From Treponema sp. UBA6852 (GTDB lineage Bacteria; Spirochaetota; Spirochaetia; Treponematales; Treponemataceae): a stretch of DNA of 64,000 nt. Both the position numbers and the translations under genes were made by a program. Within the stretch, counting starts at the first letter, position 1; every line of letters begins with the position of its first letter. The stretch lies in the NCBI RefSeq assembly GCF_002449305.1, contig NZ_DKDI01000034.1. One strand, written 5' to 3'. The notes beneath the pieces were generated by a model that was not told where the DNA came from, ran no database searches, and saw only the letters and a list, made by a program, of their open reading frames with translations. Positions 44,851-55,000 of the stretch are shown in pieces.

Positions 44851-44878
44851 ATTCTATTTCCGCATAAAAACACATCAA
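44851..44878 (-). promoter_or_regulatory. possible sigma70-like promoter (TTGATG-16 nt-TAGAAT) for the degT-like-nadK-recN operon
   Basis: Minus strand: -35 at 44873-44878 and -10 at 44851-44856. A Shine-Dalgarno AGGAA lies before the ATG at 44812. Confidence 0.4.
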
Positions 44879-44924
44879 ACGGACAAAAGAGAAGATGTTC
44901 TGAGAAAACAAGCATGAAAAGAAA

Positions 44925-45437
44925 TCAGACAGCTTCCGGCTCAAGAATTTTCTGAAGTTCCTTTGCGCTGAACAACCTGCGTGTATCAAGGATAATAAGA
45001 TAATTATTTTCCTGACGAACTACGCCGTGAATATATTCAGTACCAATTCCGCTGAGCATCTGTGGCGGCGGTTTAATTTCATCACCTTGGACAGGAACGA
45101 CACGCGCAATTCTATCTATAATAATTCCGATTTTATTTCCTTCAATATCAAGAATAATAAATCCGCCTTCATCTTCACCGATTTCATCATCTGAAGCCTT
45201 CGCCATTTTCTTGATATAAAATCTTTTATGCAGATTTATAATGGGAATGACTTCTCCGCGCAAATTTATAATACCTTCAACATAAAAAGGAGCATTCGGA
45301 ATAGGACGCACATTCTGAATCTTAACGATTTCCTTGACATCCATAATGTCCACACCATAAAGCTCATCTCCAAGCTGAAAAGTTACAAGCTGCAACAATG
45401 TATCTTCATCTGCCATAGATTTCTCCCATGAATCCAT
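44925..45437 (-). CDS. cheW: chemotaxis coupling protein CheW
   Basis: LVTFQLGDELYGVDIMDVKEIV and INLRGEVIPIINL are typical CheW-domain strands. 170 aa. Confidence 0.85.
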   Translation of the reverse strand: MDSWEKSMADEDTLLQLVTFQLGDELYGVDIMDVKEIVKIQNVRPIPNAPFYVEGIINLRGEVIPIINLHKRFYIKKMAKASDDEIGEDEGGFIILDIEGNKIGIIIDRIARVVPVQGDEIKPPPQMLSGIGTEYIHGVVRQENNYLIILDTRRLFSAKELQKILEPEAV

Positions 45438-45485
45438 AAAGATTTTTAAACTAACACTTCTATTATTTTAATTCATAAAACAATT

Positions 45486-46250
45486 CTAGTCTACTACAAA
45501 TAAAGACAAAACGTCTACTTTTGAAATTCCGGCATTTTTCAAAATTTCACAGCAACTTTCAACAGTAACGCCAGTTGTTAAAACATCGTCGATTAAAAGA
45601 ACTTGTTCCGGCAAAGAATTTTCAGAATAGAGGCGCTTTAAAAGCTTTGACTCTGTGTAAATTTTTCCTTTAGAAGACAAACGCTTTTTTCTGTCTAGTT
45701 TTTTCTGCTGAATTTTTTCTGTGCGCACCAAAAGCTTTAAAACTTTATATCCAAATTTTACTTTGAGAATTTCGGAAAGCTCTTCAATTTGATCCCAGCC
45801 TCTTGATTTTATTTTTCCAGGACGAGGCGGAACAGGAACAATAAAAACATCTTCTGAAATTCTTTTTTTAATTACTGAATTGCAAATTTCAGCAAAGAAA
45901 AGCGAAAGGCTTCTTTGGTTTTGCATTTTCCATTCGAATAAAAGAGTTTTTGCCCAAAGTCTGTATGGAAAAACAGGAACAACTTTATCTGAATTTTTCA
46001 GAATGCGCTCCTCACGGCAAGACATGCAGATTTCATCTTCGCTTATTAAAGATTTTCCGCAGATACGGCATTTTTCACAATGAGAATTTTCTGCTTCATT
46101 ATAAAGTTTTTTTGAACACGAAAGACAGATTTTTCCATTGAAAGTGGAATTTCCGCAGACACAACATTTTCCGTTTCCGAACATGAAGTTCAAAGCAAGC
46201 ATTGCAAAACGTTTAAAATCATAAATTGTAAATTTTCTAAAAGTCATCAA
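45486..46250 (-). CDS. comF: ComF-family phosphoribosyltransferase-like protein
   Basis: N-terminal Cys-rich zinc-finger repeats (CCVCG, CLSC, CEKCRICG, CMSC) and PRTase motif LLIDDVLTTGVT. Confidence 0.75.
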   Translation of the reverse strand: MMTFRKFTIYDFKRFAMLALNFMFGNGKCCVCGNSTFNGKICLSCSKKLYNEAENSHCEKCRICGKSLISEDEICMSCREERILKNSDKVVPVFPYRLWAKTLLFEWKMQNQRSLSLFFAEICNSVIKKRISEDVFIVPVPPRPGKIKSRGWDQIEELSEILKVKFGYKVLKLLVRTEKIQQKKLDRKKRLSSKGKIYTESKLLKRLYSENSLPEQVLLIDDVLTTGVTVESCCEILKNAGISKVDVLSLFVVD

Positions 46251-46297
46251 TATATGATTACTCGGAAAATAAAAAAAATGCAGTTTTTGTAAAAAAT

Positions 46298-48901
46298 TTA
46301 TTTTTCAGCCAGACATTTTTTCCATCGCAAAATATTTTGCAATGCCGCCATAGGAGTCATGTTATCAATGTCGCAAGAAAGAATTTCGTCAAGCACAAGT
46401 TCTTCTTCAGAAAACAATGAACCTGAAAAAATTTCAACTTTTGTTTTTGAAATTTCTTCTGTTTCAGTTTCGGGAATTATAACGGACGCATCGCCTTGAA
46501 TTTTCTCTAATATTTTCCCTGCGCGTTCAATGACGGACTCTGGAATTCCTGCAAGCCGGGCAACATGAATTCCGTAGCTGTTCTCACTTGAACCTTCAAC
46601 AACTTTTCTAAGGAAAACAATATCATTGCCGTTTTCCGCAACAGCCATGCAAAGCCGTTTCAAAGACTTATGCTCAAGCCTTGTAAGCTCATGATAATGC
46701 GTCGCAAAAAAAGTCTTGCACTTCAACGTATTTAAAAGATACTCGCTTACAGCCCAGGCAATCGAAAGTCCATCCTCCGTGCTAGTTCCCCGACCGACTT
46801 CGTCCATTATAACAAGAGAATTTTGTGTTGCGGAACGAAGTATTCTTGCAGTTTCAGTCATTTCAACAAGAAAAGTAGATTCTCCACGCGCAAGATTATC
46901 GCTAGCTCCAACACGGCAAAAAATCCTGTCAACAATTCCAATTTTCGCTTCATCAGCCGGAACAAAACTTCCAGTCTGGGCAAGAAGCGCAATAAGAGCA
47001 TTCTGACGCAAAAATGTACTTTTTCCAGCCATATTCGGACCTGTAATCAAAGCGAACGATGCGGAATTTTCAGGCTCAGAGCCGCAAAGAGAAACATCGT
47101 TCGGAACAAATTCGCCGGCAGGAAGATGACGCTCAACAACAGGATGCCTTCCGTTTTTTACAAAAAATTCCAAGCTGTTTGACAAGACGTGCGGTCGGTT
47201 CCAATTGTAAAGAATTGCTGATTCTGAAAAAGAACAGATTACATCAACGTAAGCAATTTTTTTTGCAGCCTGCTGAAGATACGGAATATATTTTTTCAGT
47301 TCATTTCTTACTTCAATAAAAAGATTGTGTTCTAGCTCAAGAATCTTTGCTCCGGATTCATTTAAAGAATTTTCAAGTTCCTGAAGTTTTTCAGTTGTAT
47401 AACGCTCAGCATTTAAAAGTGTTCTACGCATAATAAAATGTGGCGGAATTTTGTCAAGCTTGCCTTTCGTAACTTCTATAAAATATCCAAGGTTGCCGGT
47501 ACTTTTTATTTTTAAATTTTGAATTCCAGTTTTTTCTTTTTCTGATTCAATGTATTCCTCAAGAATTCCGTTAAAATCATTTCGCACTTTTTTCCAGTAA
47601 TCAAGCTCTTCCGACCAGCCGTCTTTTATAATCCGACCTTCCGTAAAAACTGTAGCCGGATCTTCGGCGATTGAATTTTCTATAAGATCAATAATTTTTT
47701 GCGCGGAGTCTTTTTCAGGCATAGAAAAATCGTAGCGTTCCAAAATTGTCTGGGACTTAAGCCAAAATTTAAGGCTGACTTTTAATGCCTGCAAATCTTT
47801 TGCATGAGCTCTGTCCATCGCAATTCTTCCAGCCAGCCTTTCAACGTCAAGAATTCCATCAAGATTTTCACGCACGCAATGCAGCAAATTTCTGTCTTTT
47901 ACAAAAAGTTCAACATGGTTCTGCCTTGAATTTATTTCATTTTCGTTTGTAAGCGGAAAAGAAAGCCAAGAGCGCAAAAGGCGGCTTCCCATTGCAGTTT
48001 TTGTATTGCTAACAGATTCAAGCAAAGTATAACTAGAAGTTCCGTCACGCAAATTAAAAGTAATTTCAAGATTCCTGCGCGAAGAATCATCAATTATTAC
48101 AAACTGCGAATCCTGATAAACTGAAATTCCTGAAATATGTGAAACTGGAGCGTTTGTAGTTTTTTCTATATAATCAAGAAGAAATCCTGCTGGAGGAACT
48201 TCTGGGCTTTCTTTTGTAAGTGAAAATGAATTTAAATTCGCAACTTTAAATTGCTTTACAAGATGCTCATAATTTTTTTCAGCATTGAAGTGCCAGTCTG
48301 GATACCAGGAAACGGACGCAACAGAAATCGTTTCAAGGACAGTTTGAATTTCCTTGTTACTTTTTAAACTTTCAGGAAGAATTATTTCCTTTGGACTGCA
48401 CCTTCCAAGTTCTTTTGAAACATTCTCCGCAAATTTAGACTCTGGAAATTTTGTAGCCCGAAACTCTCCTGTCGTTACGTCAATGTAAGCAAGTCCTGTA
48501 AATCCGCCAGAAATAAAAATGGAAGCAAGAAAATTATTTGAGCCGCCGTCAAGATACTCGCTTTCAACAGTAGTTCCAGGCGTTACAATTTCAACAACCT
48601 TGCGCTCGGTAAGTCCGCGCTTTGCAACTTCGCCAACCTGCTCTGCAACCGCAACCTTTTTTCCCATCCGAAGCAGCCGTGCAATATAGCCTTTTGCAGA
48701 ATGATATGGAATGCCGCACATAGGATTGTCGCCCTTATGCGTCAATGTAAGATTTAAAAGCCGTGAAACCTCAACAGCGTCTTCATTGAACATTTCATAA
48801 AAATCCCCTAGCCTAAAAAACAAAACATCATTCGGATGCTGTTTTTTTATTCCAAGATACTGTGTAATAACCGGGGTTTCTTCTGCCATTTTTTGCTCCA
48901 A
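46298..48901 (-). CDS. mutS: DNA mismatch repair protein MutS
   Basis: TPVITQYLGIKKQHPD, Walker A GPNMAGKSTFLRQ, DEVGRGTST, and full MutS1 length. Confidence 0.95.
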   Translation of the reverse strand: MEQKMAEETPVITQYLGIKKQHPNDVLFFRLGDFYEMFNEDAVEVSRLLNLTLTHKGDNPMCGIPYHSAKGYIARLLRMGKKVAVAEQVGEVAKRGLTERKVVEIVTPGTTVESEYLDGGSNNFLASIFISGGFTGLAYIDVTTGEFRATKFPESKFAENVSKELGRCSPKEIILPESLKSNKEIQTVLETISVASVSWYPDWHFNAEKNYEHLVKQFKVANLNSFSLTKESPEVPPAGFLLDYIEKTTNAPVSHISGISVYQDSQFVIIDDSSRRNLEITFNLRDGTSSYTLLESVSNTKTAMGSRLLRSWLSFPLTNENEINSRQNHVELFVKDRNLLHCVRENLDGILDVERLAGRIAMDRAHAKDLQALKVSLKFWLKSQTILERYDFSMPEKDSAQKIIDLIENSIAEDPATVFTEGRIIKDGWSEELDYWKKVRNDFNGILEEYIESEKEKTGIQNLKIKSTGNLGYFIEVTKGKLDKIPPHFIMRRTLLNAERYTTEKLQELENSLNESGAKILELEHNLFIEVRNELKKYIPYLQQAAKKIAYVDVICSFSESAILYNWNRPHVLSNSLEFFVKNGRHPVVERHLPAGEFVPNDVSLCGSEPENSASFALITGPNMAGKSTFLRQNALIALLAQTGSFVPADEAKIGIVDRIFCRVGASDNLARGESTFLVEMTETARILRSATQNSLVIMDEVGRGTSTEDGLSIAWAVSEYLLNTLKCKTFFATHYHELTRLEHKSLKRLCMAVAENGNDIVFLRKVVEGSSENSYGIHVARLAGIPESVIERAGKILEKIQGDASVIIPETETEEISKTKVEIFSGSLFSEEELVLDEILSCDIDNMTPMAALQNILRWKKCLAEK

Positions 48902-48956
48902 ATTTCAGACCATTGCCTGAATGAAAATTCAAAGGCAGGTTTTTATTTTTATAAAA

Positions 48957-49490
48957 TCACATAAGCCCAAGTTGCGAAATAACTTGATCTGTAATATCAA
49001 CAGAAGAACTGTACCACAAAATTGAATTTGATTCCTGAAGATTCAAAATCATGCTGTAGCCGCCAGTTTCTGCAACACGCGCAAGTGTATCATAAAGTTT
49101 TTTATAAAAACTGTTGTTTTCCTGAAGCGATTTTTTTAAGGACTCAAGCTCAGTGTTTTTTGCATTTGTATATTCATTTATAAAATCTGATTTCTTTGTA
49201 ATCTGCGCTTCAATTTTCATAGCTTCCGTGTCATTGCCTTTGCGCTCAAATTCTATTTTCTGATCATTCAAACGCTGAAGCTCTGCAACAAGGCGGTCAA
49301 TTTCTCTTTTAAATTCTTCTTTTTTATTTTCATAATTTCTTACAGGAGCGGAATTTCTAAAATACGCCTGATAAACTTTTGAAGTATCAACAACAGCGAA
49401 TTTTGTAATCTGCTGCGCAAACGAAAATGCCGCCGAAAAGATTCCGAGCAAAACAAAAACAGCAATTCTTTTTGTAAAAAAAACTTTCAT
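48957..49490 (-). CDS. skp: OmpH/Skp-family periplasmic chaperone
   Basis: Signal peptide plus a long coiled-coil region. Its position immediately downstream of bamA is typical for skp. Confidence 0.7.
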   Translation of the reverse strand: MKVFFTKRIAVFVLLGIFSAAFSFAQQITKFAVVDTSKVYQAYFRNSAPVRNYENKKEEFKREIDRLVAELQRLNDQKIEFERKGNDTEAMKIEAQITKKSDFINEYTNAKNTELESLKKSLQENNSFYKKLYDTLARVAETGGYSMILNLQESNSILWYSSSVDITDQVISQLGLM

Positions 49491-49527
49491 AAAAACTCCA
49501 ATTAATTTTAAATTTCCACCATAAATA

Positions 49528-52005
49528 CTAGCGATTTGTCATGCTGAATGAAAGAACAAAATGCCAGTTCTTACTCCAGTTGTAATCTCCATCTGCGTCC
49601 TGGTCAGTAAACACAGGAGAACCGTCCTTGATTTTAAATGTGTTGGCAAACAGCAAGCGCAAAGGAAACTGCTGAATAGAAAATCTAAAACTCGGACCAA
49701 AACTAAAATACCAGTCTTCTTCTTTTAAATTAAAGAACTGATAAGGCTCGTCTGTAATTGCAACTGCATCACCCCAAAGGTCAAGAGAGAAAATTCCTGG
49801 AATTACAGGCATTCTAAGCTCAAGAGAGTTGCACCACAAAGCTTTTCCACGGCCCTTGTCTGAATTATAAATTGTCCAGCCGCGTCCATTGAACATTCCG
49901 TCTATATAAAGCTGGTTGTTCTTTTTTATTGTTGAATCCAAAGCCGAGAACTGGAACGAAAGTCCAGAATATCCCATAAGGACAAGCTTTAATGCCCAAG
50001 AATCTGTTATTGGTTTATTTACAAGAGTGAAATATTTTTCAGCCTTTGTGTCTGTGCGCAAATAGAATTCCGTTTCTCCCCAGTCAGGTGCAAAAGGCAA
50101 AAATCCTTCGTGCATAAGTCCATACCAAGAAAGACGCTGGCTTGCAAACCATCCGCTTGAAGGATCCCATGAAATATTTCTTCCGTCCATAGAAAATGAA
50201 GTCCAGATAGAATTACGCGGTTCCCAGTTATCAGAATACTGGCTTATTGAAGTATCATAAGGAATCCAAAGTGAATCATCGTAAAGATTATTAATAAGAC
50301 TGCTCGTAACACCGCCAGAAAGTGTAAGAATCGCAAAGTTCGGAGTCCAACGGTGTCCTAAAGAAAGTCCAAGGCTAAACTGATTCTGCTCATACTGCAT
50401 ATAATAGTAATCATTGTCAATGTCGCCGCTTGGAAGCATCTTGTCTCTTAGCGCGTAATTATTTGAATGAGAATAACTAAGTGAAACGTTTGTGCTTATA
50501 GGTTTATTGAAAAGCCAGTTCTGACCGTAGCTTACAGAAACAGACTGTTCATTTGTAGAAAGCGTTGTTCCAACAGAAGCAAGTTTTCCTTCACCAAAAA
50601 TATTAGAATCCTGAATTCTTGCAGTAAGCGCAATCGGAATTTCTCCAGGATCTGAAACTCCACTGAACGTAAATCCAAAGTCAAGTGAGGTTGTGCTCTG
50701 CTCTTCCACGGTGAAAACAATGTCAACAAGATTTTCTTCTGAGCCTTGAAGAACTTCCGGGGAAACAGCAGAAAAATATTGAAGGTTGTAAAGGTTTCGC
50801 ATTCCGTTTGAAATTTTTGCATTTGAAAAAATATCGCCTTCTTCAATCGGAATTTCACGGCGGATAACAAAATCCTTTGTTTTTTCATTTCCTTTTATAA
50901 GAATATTTTCAATGTGGCTACGCGGATTTTCCTGAATTCTTATTGTATATGAAATAACTTTGGATTCCGCATCTTTGTTTATATCAGTTGCAAATCTGTT
51001 TGAAGTGTAGCCGTTTTCATAATACAAGTTCTGGATATTCATTCTTGTTTCTTGAAATTTTGTCTCGTTGTAAACCGCTCCGGTCTTCAGGGTAACGAGA
51101 TTTTCAAGTTCTTCAGTTGTAAAAACATGGTTTCCGTCAAAAGTAATTCCGCCGAAGTTGTACTGAATTCCTTCCTGAATCTCAAAAGTTATTTCTATTT
51201 CCTCGCGGTTCTTTTTTTCATTGTACGAAGTTTTTTGATCAATATTTACAACCTTTGCATCTGCATATCCGCGGTTCTGATAATAAGCAACAATCGCCCT
51301 AGAATCCGCAGACAAAGATGATTCCTGAAATGAACCTTTCTTAAAAAGTCCGGCTTCTTTTAATGAAATCTTTCCTTTTAGAGTTTTTGAGGAAACAACT
51401 TGATTTCCTGCAAAGCCAATGCTTTTTACAACAGTCTGGCGGCCTTCTCTGATTTTAAAAGTAACATAAGCCCCGTCGTCGCGCATTTCAAAAGAAGATT
51501 CCACAGAAATTTTAGTATAGCCTTTTTCAATGTAATAATTTCTAATAGCCCTTTCATCTTCAAGAACTTTGCTTTCTACAAAAATGTCCTTTGCCTTTAA
51601 AGAAATTTTTGACTTTAAATCAGCATCATGAATATATCTGTTTCCATCAAAATTTAATTTTATAACGACAGGACGCTCAACAACACTCAATATAAGATTT
51701 ACGGTTTTGCCGTTGTCGGTATTTTTTGCAGCTTTGATTTCAACATCGTCAAAATATTCAAGGGAAAAAACTCTGTCATAAAGCTCGCTGATTAAATCAT
51801 CAGAAAACGGCTTGCTTATAAAACTGCTTGTAACGCCGTCCAAGTCGCTTTGCTTTACATTTTTTAAATTATCAAAAACTATATTTTTTATAGGCTTTCC
51901 GTAAAACCAATCTTCCGAATCTGTCTGAGAAAAAACAGGAGCAGCAGAAAAAATAGCCACAACACAAAAAACAGCAAACACAAAAAAAGTGTTCTTAACG
52001 CGCAT
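49528..52005 (-). CDS. bamA: outer membrane protein assembly factor BamA
   Basis: Signal peptide, repeated POTRA-like units (I..I.F.GN pattern), and a C-terminal aromatic-rich beta-barrel. 825 aa. Confidence 0.85.
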   Translation of the reverse strand: MRVKNTFFVFAVFCVVAIFSAAPVFSQTDSEDWFYGKPIKNIVFDNLKNVKQSDLDGVTSSFISKPFSDDLISELYDRVFSLEYFDDVEIKAAKNTDNGKTVNLILSVVERPVVIKLNFDGNRYIHDADLKSKISLKAKDIFVESKVLEDERAIRNYYIEKGYTKISVESSFEMRDDGAYVTFKIREGRQTVVKSIGFAGNQVVSSKTLKGKISLKEAGLFKKGSFQESSLSADSRAIVAYYQNRGYADAKVVNIDQKTSYNEKKNREEIEITFEIQEGIQYNFGGITFDGNHVFTTEELENLVTLKTGAVYNETKFQETRMNIQNLYYENGYTSNRFATDINKDAESKVISYTIRIQENPRSHIENILIKGNEKTKDFVIRREIPIEEGDIFSNAKISNGMRNLYNLQYFSAVSPEVLQGSEENLVDIVFTVEEQSTTSLDFGFTFSGVSDPGEIPIALTARIQDSNIFGEGKLASVGTTLSTNEQSVSVSYGQNWLFNKPISTNVSLSYSHSNNYALRDKMLPSGDIDNDYYYMQYEQNQFSLGLSLGHRWTPNFAILTLSGGVTSSLINNLYDDSLWIPYDTSISQYSDNWEPRNSIWTSFSMDGRNISWDPSSGWFASQRLSWYGLMHEGFLPFAPDWGETEFYLRTDTKAEKYFTLVNKPITDSWALKLVLMGYSGLSFQFSALDSTIKKNNQLYIDGMFNGRGWTIYNSDKGRGKALWCNSLELRMPVIPGIFSLDLWGDAVAITDEPYQFFNLKEEDWYFSFGPSFRFSIQQFPLRLLFANTFKIKDGSPVFTDQDADGDYNWSKNWHFVLSFSMTNR

Positions 52006-52026
52006 AAAATAAAATCCTCTATATAG

Positions 52027-55000
52027 TTAGAATGATACACGCCATGACAGTGTAATAGAAGTTGCCTGTGTCCACGATTGCTGGAGTTCGCCCAAGTCAG
52101 GAGCAAAATTCCATCTTATGTTGGCAAAAGGCGCTTCAAATTCCAAACCGATTTCCGGCTGAAAAACAAGACCGCTGCCAGAAGTTCCGCCAGAATCAAC
52201 TTTAGTCTTGTCATAAGTCCAATGCAGCAAAGCATCAGCATAAATGTCATCGCCGAAGTATTTACCAATATAAACAGTCGAATTGTCAAATAAGTTACCA
52301 ATTATAGAATTATTATCTGAAGCTCTGTTCATATTAAGTCCCTGCATAATTGAATTCTGCAGGATAGTGGTTCTGACAGAAAATATATCAAAATTACTCA
52401 AATCACGCAATGCACTTTCAATTTTTCTAAGAAGCGTAACCTGAACTCCATAGTCGCCTGCTGCAACGAGAAAGTTTCCGACAGAAGACGCATCGCCTGA
52501 AGCAATCTGTCCCAAAATTTCCATAATTTCATTTTCAGATTTTGCAGGACTCGAAGAAAGAACCGCATTGAACCTTGAAATATTTTGCGAGACTGCGGAA
52601 AGTGTAATTGTAACAGGGTCGCCGTTTGTGTCGTGCTCACGAGTTTCCGCGCGCACAGTTATAACAGGATCAAATTTATTCTGAGTTTCATCCAAAATAA
52701 GCTGACCTTGCTTAAGATAAAAGTTTCGGCTTAAATATGAAACTTCCCCTCCGCGCAAAACAATATCACCCTTTATTCCCCAAAGTCCAGTCGCAGTATC
52801 GGCATTTACAGAAATCGGAGTTGATGGAGCAACAAGGCTTCTAACCAATGGATTTATCGCAATCTGAACTTTTTTTCCAATCATCAAATCCAAGTTTATT
52901 GAAAAGTCAATGTCATTTGACGCAGCGGGCTTTTTCTTTTGAGTAAAGTCAGAGGCATTCATGGAAACTGAGAGCTCAGCATTCCGCAAACCAACAGAAC
53001 CATTCAAACTTACAGAGCGATCTTCCATAACAAGAGAAGCATCTACAGAAGTGTAGCCTTTTATTCTAAAGTATGAAACCTTTGAGTCAATCGGAATATC
53101 CTCGTCCTCCAAAGTTGCAAGATTCAACTCAAGAGTTCCAAGCGACCATCTGTCCAAGGAAACAACCGCATTTGTCGCAAGAATTCCGTCTTTGATTTTA
53201 AAGTTTGTTTCTGGAATTGAAATTTCTTCCTGCGAAAAATCCACATTCATTTCGTCAGTTGTAAAATGCTCTGGAACAAACTGAGGTAGATTAAAGTCAA
53301 CATCTGAAACAACAAACCGTCCGTCCATATCAGGATCTGTTATGACACCAGACAAATTTAAATTTCCTTCAACAATTGCTGAATAAATAGAAAAAAGTTT
53401 CGTATTAAAAATGCGGGCGCATCTTGAAACGTCCCAAAATATATTTTCAAAGTCAAGATCAACAATTTGCTTTTTTACACTTCCATTCAAATCAAAATGA
53501 AAAGGCTTGTCTTTGCCAACAGAAAAATTGATTTTTCCATCATCAAGAATTTCTCCAAATGCACCGAGATTTTCATCAGTAACAACATCGAATCTTCCTG
53601 GAGAGCGGATTACAGAAAACTTAAATGGAACAAAATCTGTAATAAGCTCGCTTTCAACAGAAGCAAAAGTTGTTTCAACTGAATAGGCTTCCGGGAAAAA
53701 GCCTTCTGGATTTTCAGAAAGATTTGAAAGCGCAAGTTCTATTCCCGATTCAATTTTCTTTTCTCCAAGATGAGCTTTAGCTTTTAATGAAGCAGTTCCA
53801 GAAAAAGTTTCAAAGTCAACATTTGAAGAAACTGAATCTATCTGAAAATTCTTCCATGAAACATCCGCGCCTGAAATTGTAAAAATATTTTCTATTAAAG
53901 AAGCCTCTGCCGATACCGTTAAATTCGAACCGCCAAGCAGAACAGAAGAGTCTATTAATTTTGCAGACAAATAAGGATTTTCAAAAGTACCGCTTGCAGA
54001 CAATTCCGCATTTAAAACATTGCTTTCGTTTTGCCTCAAAAGGAAACGGCTAAAAGGAAACGAATCAACTTTTGCACCTGCTGAAAAATAAAAGTCACGT
54101 TTTAAATTATCCATTGAAAAACTTTCTTTCATAGGATTTGTAAGCTCAGCCTGAAAAGAAATTTTTTCAGAACTTTTTGGATCCTTCAGGTGAACCGACA
54201 AAGTTGAGCTGTCAAAAGTTTTTTCATTTATATTCCAGAAAGCATATCCTTCGCCTTCCAACTGCGCAAAAGAATCTTTGTAAATAACGCTAGAAGCAAG
54301 GAAACTTTTTTCATTCACCTCGCCTTTTATAGCAATTTCTGGCTTCAAACGGAATCTTCCAGAAAGTTCAGAAGCAGAAAAATTTTCAATAAAAAAGTTC
54401 CAGTCATCTTTTGACAAAACAGAAAAATTTGAATCCAAAGAAAATGCAACTGTAAAATCATTTACAGAAACCGGCAAATCTTTAAAACGCAAAGAACCGT
54501 CTATAAAATTCTTAAAGTCAACAGCGACATCAAGTCCGTAGTCCCCAGAAATGTTCAGCCAGTCTCCAAAAACAAAAAGTCCGTTAAACGCATAAGGAAT
54601 CGAATTAAAACTAAAATCTGAAGAAAATGTCATCTGATGCTTTGGAAACTCCACATCAAGTCCGCCAGATACGCTCAATGAATTTTTTCCATAAATCAAA
54701 TCAGCTTTACTTACTTGAACAGAAGTTCCAGTTTTTCCGCCTGTTCCATCAACAGATAAAAGCAAAACTTCTTTGTCTTTTTTTGTGTTAGCAAAAATTG
54801 CAAGCGGTGAATTGTAATTGTAATCTTTAAAATCTGTTGCAAAATAAGCTTCAATATTTGAAATATACGGCTCGGAAATTTTAACAACGTTGTCTAAAAC
54901 ATTCTTTCCATTTTTTTCTGTAAAAAAAGCCCCAGTCTTAACACCTGTTTCAACAAAGAAATTTTTCAATTCAGCAGAAGCTTGCAAGTACATATTTTTT